From an uncultured Candidatus Saccharibacteria bacterium (GTDB lineage Bacteria > Patescibacteriota > UBA1384 > XYA2-FULL-43-10 > 1-14-0-10-43-13), in NCBI GenBank assembly GCA_964628585.1, contig CAZVMH010000001.1, positions 210 to 64,209 of the forward strand: a DNA stretch of 64,000 nt, written 5' to 3'. The notes under the pieces were generated by a model, which searched no databases, was not told where the DNA came from, and was given only the letters and a program-made list of their open reading frames with translations. A program made the position numbers and the translations under genes. Within the stretch, counting starts at the first letter, position 1. Every line of letters starts with the position of its first letter. Shown one piece after another: positions 60,008-64,000 of the stretch.

Positions 60008-61854
60008 TTTTTATCTCCAATCTCTGACTTATTATTTTTTGTTTCTAGCTCATCTTTTTTGATTTCGTCAGTTTTGCTTACTTCTGGAATTGGTGAGGAA
60101 GGATTGTCAAAAGTTGTTGTCGGAATTGGAGGACGAGTTGGACTGGTTACAGGGGCAGTAACATCAGTTGGTTTCTTCTGGAATAGGGCGCCTTCACCTT
60201 CATGTGGATCAACTGGCTTTGTTTTGTAAATCGGAAGTGAGAAGTAGAATGTTGTGCCATGATCTGCCTTGTCTGTTGAACTCTTAAACCAAAGTTTACC
60301 CTTATGTAACTCTACTAAATTTTTAGTAATAAACATACCCAAACCAGTTCCTTTAACCTGGTCCTTGAGAACTTCAACCTGAACAAACTTCTCGAAGATT
60401 GCTTCTTCCTTGCCCTTTGGAATACCTCGGCCGTTGTCCTGTATCGCCACAACTAGCTTGCCGTCATCGGCATGTGCGCTTACGGTAATCTTTCCTGGGG
60501 GATCGGTATACTTGATAGCATTGCCAATAATGTTAATCATAACTTCGGTAATACGAGAAACATCGAACCAAGTTTTTGGAAGTGGAGTTTTTGGTTTTTC
60601 AAATGTCAGCTTGTGGCCAACTTCGTCCGCCTTAATCTTAACCTCGGCAATTGATTTCTCGATCACATCTTCAATGCTGGCTTCTTCGTTAATCAAGTGA
60701 ACACGACCGGATTCAATACGTGAAACATTGAGCAAATCTCGAACTAACGCAGCCAATCGCTTTGAAGAGAAATAGATATTTTCCAAATATGCTTTTACTT
60801 TCGGGTTAACATCTCCGGCCATTTTTTCATCAATAATCATTGACAGATAGCCTTCAATGGCAGCAATAGGCGTATTGAGTTCGTGCGACGCCATAGAGAT
60901 AAAGTTATCTTTCTGCTCATCTAAGTCTTCAAGGTGCTTGTTAGCATTATCTAATTTCTTGGCTAGAAACTGAAGTTCTTCTTTTTGTTTAATTTCCTTA
61001 TTTATGGATATGAGTAAAATCCTTGCGCCGTACGCCGTCACAATTAAAAATAAAAGTCTAAATAATACCTCCACAATATTTCTGGAGAAAAATATTTCTA
61101 CAGATAATATTATTAACACAAGATACGTTACAGCTTGGGTAATAATGACTTTGGCATTTAGTAACTGATGTTTAATAATTGCCACGGTTGTAAGAACAAT
61201 AAAAAACAGCGAAGAGGCAGGCCCTACACTTATTAGAGTGTTTAGGCCTAGCATAGGAAAGAGTGCGCTAATTAGTGAACCCGTAATAGACGATGCAATA
61301 ATACCCGTGATAATATATTTGATTTGATTTTTTTGCTGTTCATTAGATTTATAATATTTTTTAAATAATATAAATGAAGCAACAACAAAAGATATGACAA
61401 AAAATACACTAAAGTATGCATATAATACTCCAGGATCGAACGAGTATTCCAATGTGTTTGCATTTATTAAAGTTACGCTTTTAACATTATGGGCGGTAGG
61501 AATAAAAACTAAAAGTACCGAAGTAAGAATTACCAGCAATCCCAAGTACTCTTTTTTGATAGAAATCGGTTTATTGGGGAAAGAATTTGCAAACAAAATA
61601 TATAAAATTGGTAGAAAAGAGGGTCCAAATAATGATGCTCGAGTCCAAAATAGTAATAATCCAGGACTGGAAGAATATATATTAGCTAACAGATTTGCTA
61701 GTATCCAACAGATAACACTTATACAAAAAAGAACAAAAATTTTATTAGAAATAGACTTTTTTATATATTTACCTAGCACTATTGTTAACACCAGTACAAA
61801 AACTAGACAAATTTCTAAAATAATATTTGCTAAAGTAAATAGATTCCCCGTCAC
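60004..61854 (-). CDS. Sensor histidine kinase with N-terminal 7TM (HisKA_7TM-like) domain
   Basis: Multiple TMs; FISMASHELNTP, NIIGNAIKY, DNGRGI, GTGLG, GTTFYFSLP. Confidence 0.95.
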   Translation of the reverse strand: MTGNLFTLANIILEICLVFVLVLTIVLGKYIKKSISNKIFVLFCISVICWILANLLANIYSSSPGLLLFWTRASLFGPSFLPILYILFANSFPNKPISIKKEYLGLLVILTSVLLVFIPTAHNVKSVTLINANTLEYSFDPGVLYAYFSVFFVISFVVASFILFKKYYKSNEQQKNQIKYIITGIIASSITGSLISALFPMLGLNTLISVGPASSLFFIVLTTVAIIKHQLLNAKVIITQAVTYLVLIILSVEIFFSRNIVEVLFRLLFLIVTAYGARILLISINKEIKQKEELQFLAKKLDNANKHLEDLDEQKDNFISMASHELNTPIAAIEGYLSMIIDEKMAGDVNPKVKAYLENIYFSSKRLAALVRDLLNVSRIESGRVHLINEEASIEDVIEKSIAEVKIKADEVGHKLTFEKPKTPLPKTWFDVSRITEVMINIIGNAIKYTDPPGKITVSAHADDGKLVVAIQDNGRGIPKGKEEAIFEKFVQVEVLKDQVKGTGLGMFITKNLVELHKGKLWFKSSTDKADHGTTFYFSLPIYKTKPVDPHEGEGALFQKKPTDVTAPVTSPTRPPIPTTTFDNPSSPIPEVSKTDEIKKDELETKNNKSEIGDKK

Positions 61855-61886
61855 TTTTTACCCTTCTGATATATTTATCAATAAGT

Positions 61887-62522
61887 TTATTTATAAACAA
61901 TCGGAGATATAATAGTTGGTGAGCTCCAATATCTACAATCTTTAGGCGGATTCACCTTGCAAATTTTATAATCGATTTTTTTAAATCCTACTTTATTAAG
62001 TAGTTTCTTATGCTTTGGGGAAATAGTCGTTGGTTCATCAGAGAAGTATGTAAACACTCCTCCTTTTTTAAGCAGACGGTATGCTTCTTCAAAAAAAGGA
62101 AAATAATGAAAAAATACTGTTTCTTGATCTAGCGGGCTAGTGTCAAATAATATTCCGTCAAAAGATTCATCTTTAAGCAATGGTGCAACATTTTCCCAAA
62201 AACCCTGGAGTATTTGCATCCTACCAGAAATAAATTGTTTGTTGAATAACCTAAAAGCGCGCTTCACTACCTCGGGATGTGCTTCAATAATTGTATGTTT
62301 TAAAATTTTTTTTGATTTTTGAATATAACCTGCTGATATTCCTAATCCAAAACCAAGTTCAAGAATATTTCCACCCTCGCTTGTCGCAATATTGGCTAAA
62401 TCTTTCATATAATTATCTTCCCAGTATTGCATTACTTGCCAACCCTTAATCAACAAGCTTTTTTTGGTATAGTTGGCTTTGTTTTCAAGCCATTCATTCT
62501 TTAAAGGATCTTCTTGTGCCAT
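61887..62522 (-). CDS. Class I SAM-dependent methyltransferase, guanidinoacetate N-methyltransferase/RMT2-like
   Basis: VMQYWE, ILELGFGLGI, IIEAHP, GFWENV, FDGILFDT, RLLKKGG, PPKDCRYW..ISPIV. Confidence 0.88.
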   Translation of the reverse strand: MAQEDPLKNEWLENKANYTKKSLLIKGWQVMQYWEDNYMKDLANIATSEGGNILELGFGLGISAGYIQKSKKILKHTIIEAHPEVVKRAFRLFNKQFISGRMQILQGFWENVAPLLKDESFDGILFDTSPLDQETVFFHYFPFFEEAYRLLKKGGVFTYFSDEPTTISPKHKKLLNKVGFKKIDYKICKVNPPKDCRYWSSPTIISPIVYK

Positions 62523-62547
62523 TCCTATTCCTTCCTATCATTTATTG

Positions 62548-63024
62548 TTAATTCCAACTTTCAATTCTATATACTGCGGCGACTAAGGCACAAACAGGAG
62601 AACTTTCACACTGCATACCAACGATTTCTGTCTGAATTAGACCAAACTTCGTATCACGATATTCCATCATATTTTTTAATGTCTCTGTGATTAGTCTTTT
62701 TACTTCACTCTTTTGAGACCCTGATTGTTCAACAAAGAGCCCTCGTCCATCTTGTGCTTGGACCCAACCAATTCCAGCCCAGGCCTCGCGACCTACTTCA
62801 CTTTCCCGGCATTCAGATAGCACAACGTACAGTTTTTTGCCAAAGTCACTCACAGTATTATTATTTTTGTCTCCATGTTTAATAATTGATCCGGGTGGGA
62901 TGATTGATGACAGCTTTATTAGATTAAAATTTGCAATTCCTGCATTCCACAAAGCAGCATCAAAAGCGGCCAAATTTGTTTGGCCCGTTCCAGTCCCAGA
63001 TGATATCATAATTACTTTTTCCAT
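62548..63024 (-). CDS. pdaD: Pyruvoyl-dependent arginine decarboxylase
   Basis: AFDAALWNAGIANFNLIKLSSIIPP (Ser-Ser autocleavage site), AGIGW, GLFVE, ALVAAVY. Confidence 0.9.
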   Translation of the reverse strand: MEKVIMISSGTGTGQTNLAAFDAALWNAGIANFNLIKLSSIIPPGSIIKHGDKNNNTVSDFGKKLYVVLSECRESEVGREAWAGIGWVQAQDGRGLFVEQSGSQKSEVKRLITETLKNMMEYRDTKFGLIQTEIVGMQCESSPVCALVAAVYRIESWN

Positions 63025-63033
63025 TTCTTCCTA

Positions 63034-63062
63034 AGATTACACTAATAGTAGAACTTATTCAA
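63034..63062 (-). promoter_or_regulatory. Putative promoter of the pdaD-methyltransferase-kinase operon
   Basis: TTGAAT-17 bp-TAATCT, then AGGAAG before the ATG. Confidence 0.5.
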
Positions 63063-63078
63063 TGTTATTAATACAACA

Positions 63079-63104
63079 GAGGACTCGCCTATCGGCGAGT
63101 CCTC
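63079..63104 (-). terminator. Hairpin after the GNAT-like gene
   Basis: GAGGACTCGCC-tatc-GGCGAGTCCTC. Confidence 0.65.
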
Positions 63105-63117
63105 AGTACCTTGGACA

Positions 63118-63642
63118 TCATTTCCACTTATACGCACGGCATATTTCTTCGTCGAGAATAAAACCCTCGATTGCTCCTCGGCCAGCTAGTTGTGCCAGTC
63201 TTGGGATTGCCTTGTTATGCATACCAGAGTGGAAGAAAATGGCCATGTCGTCCTTTTTCACTTCACAGAACATTGCTCGGAGAAGATCTCGTGCCATATT
63301 AATACTTCTGGCTCGAGGGTCAACTGCAATAACCATGAAGTTCCAGACTGCTTTCCCAGGAAACTTCTTGTCAAAGTATTCTTGGGAAAGCCACTGATCC
63401 AGTTCCAGGCGGTTAGTGACTATACCCATAGCGACTATACTGTCGCCTTTCTTTACAGTGAACTTAATCACGTCAGGGTTGGTCATCCAAGCCAGGAAAT
63501 CACTCTTCGGCCACGTTTGCAGCAGTGGAGTTTCTGAATTCAGTGGGGCGAACAACCTGTAGTAGAAGTCCCATAACTGTTCTTGCTCGCTAGGTTTTTC
63601 TACTAGTGTTCGTCTTTCTACCAGTGATGCTAGCTCTGACAC
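63118..63642 (-). CDS. GNAT-fold N-acyltransferase-like protein
   Basis: IVAMGIV, VIAVDPRARSINMARDLL (motif A-like); GGAGG 8 nt before GTG 63642. Confidence 0.6.
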   Translation of the reverse strand: MSELASLVERRTLVEKPSEQEQLWDFYYRLFAPLNSETPLLQTWPKSDFLAWMTNPDVIKFTVKKGDSIVAMGIVTNRLELDQWLSQEYFDKKFPGKAVWNFMVIAVDPRARSINMARDLLRAMFCEVKKDDMAIFFHSGMHNKAIPRLAQLAGRGAIEGFILDEEICRAYKWK

Positions 63643-63922
63643 GGTCTTCACCTCCCTTGTGCCGGTATAATAAAAATCCGATTACTGTAAGAACTACACC
63701 TGGAATATTCGCCCCGCTTAGTAAGATAATAGGCCATTCGCTTAAAGCAAAACCGTAGTTCAGCCAAACGAGCTCATTTATCATTAAAGCAAAGAGAATG
63801 ATCCAGCTAAAGTCCTTCGCGCTTTTTGTTTTGAATATTTTAATAGATTGGGCATATAACCCAACTGTGATCGCAATGCCACCAACAACAGTTAAAATTC
63901 TACTGATTTCAAGATAATTCAT
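63590..63922 (-). CDS. SemiSWEET/PQ-loop family transporter
   Basis: AQSIKIFKTKSAKDFS, VWLNYG, WPIILLSGAN; GGAGG SD. Confidence 0.85.
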   Translation of the reverse strand: MNYLEISRILTVVGGIAITVGLYAQSIKIFKTKSAKDFSWIILFALMINELVWLNYGFALSEWPIILLSGANIPGVVLTVIGFLLYRHKGGEDRVRASITGRKTNTSRKT

Positions 63923-64000
63923 TTATACCTCCAAATTATAACATACAAATTAATAAATGTCAATAAAAGGAACTATTTATATTTCTAGCATATTTTATTC

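Noticed and set aside
61394-61912. 172-aa plus-strand ORF
   Set aside because: Antisense to the TM region of the kinase; typical shadow ORF
61887-63024. Creatine biosynthesis or acid-resistance/polyamine pathway as the explanation
   Set aside because: No amidinotransferase, arginine/agmatine antiporter or agmatinase in this window; not excluded elsewhere in the genome, so disfavoured rather than disproved
1-64000. CRISPR array, prophage, IS/transposase or integron
   Set aside because: No regularly spaced repeats with spacers and no cas, integrase, transposase or phage structural genes recognised; the cassette hairpins lack attC RYYYAAC/GTTRRRY ends
1-64000. Alternative genetic code (TGA=Gly)
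   Set aside because: Conserved genes are intact under code 11, and thrS and infC end at TGA at the expected position

Overview
AT-rich bacterial chromosome segment, genetic code 11. Gene content (uvrA/uvrB, thrS, glyA, rnhB, rpsP-khpA-trmD without rimM, infC-rpmI-rplT, rplY, priA, der, lepB/lgt/lspA, rnpB, tRNA-Val and tRNA-Gln, large secreted Ig/FN3 proteins, C39 peptidase-like proteins, GT-C glycosyltransferases) looks like a Patescibacteria/CPR genome; this taxonomy is inferred. No CRISPR array, prophage or transposase was seen. The most interesting locus is a compact minus-strand operon (63024->59135): pyruvoyl-dependent arginine decarboxylase, an animal-GAMT-like N-methyltransferase, a 7TM sensor histidine kinase and a membrane protein. 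It may be a methyl-agmatine signal synthesis-and-sensing system. Other highlights: an XRE-HTH/Hsp20 fusion with a perfect operator over its leaderless promoter and an internal SD start; a Def-Fmt fusion; an acyltransferase/deacetylase fusion; an oxidoreductase frameshifted at an A8 tract; a catalytically degenerate GH-A surface protein; widespread leaderless gene starts; and several GC-richer single-gene cassettes with their own promoter and hairpin. All product calls rest on motif recognition; no database searches were run.
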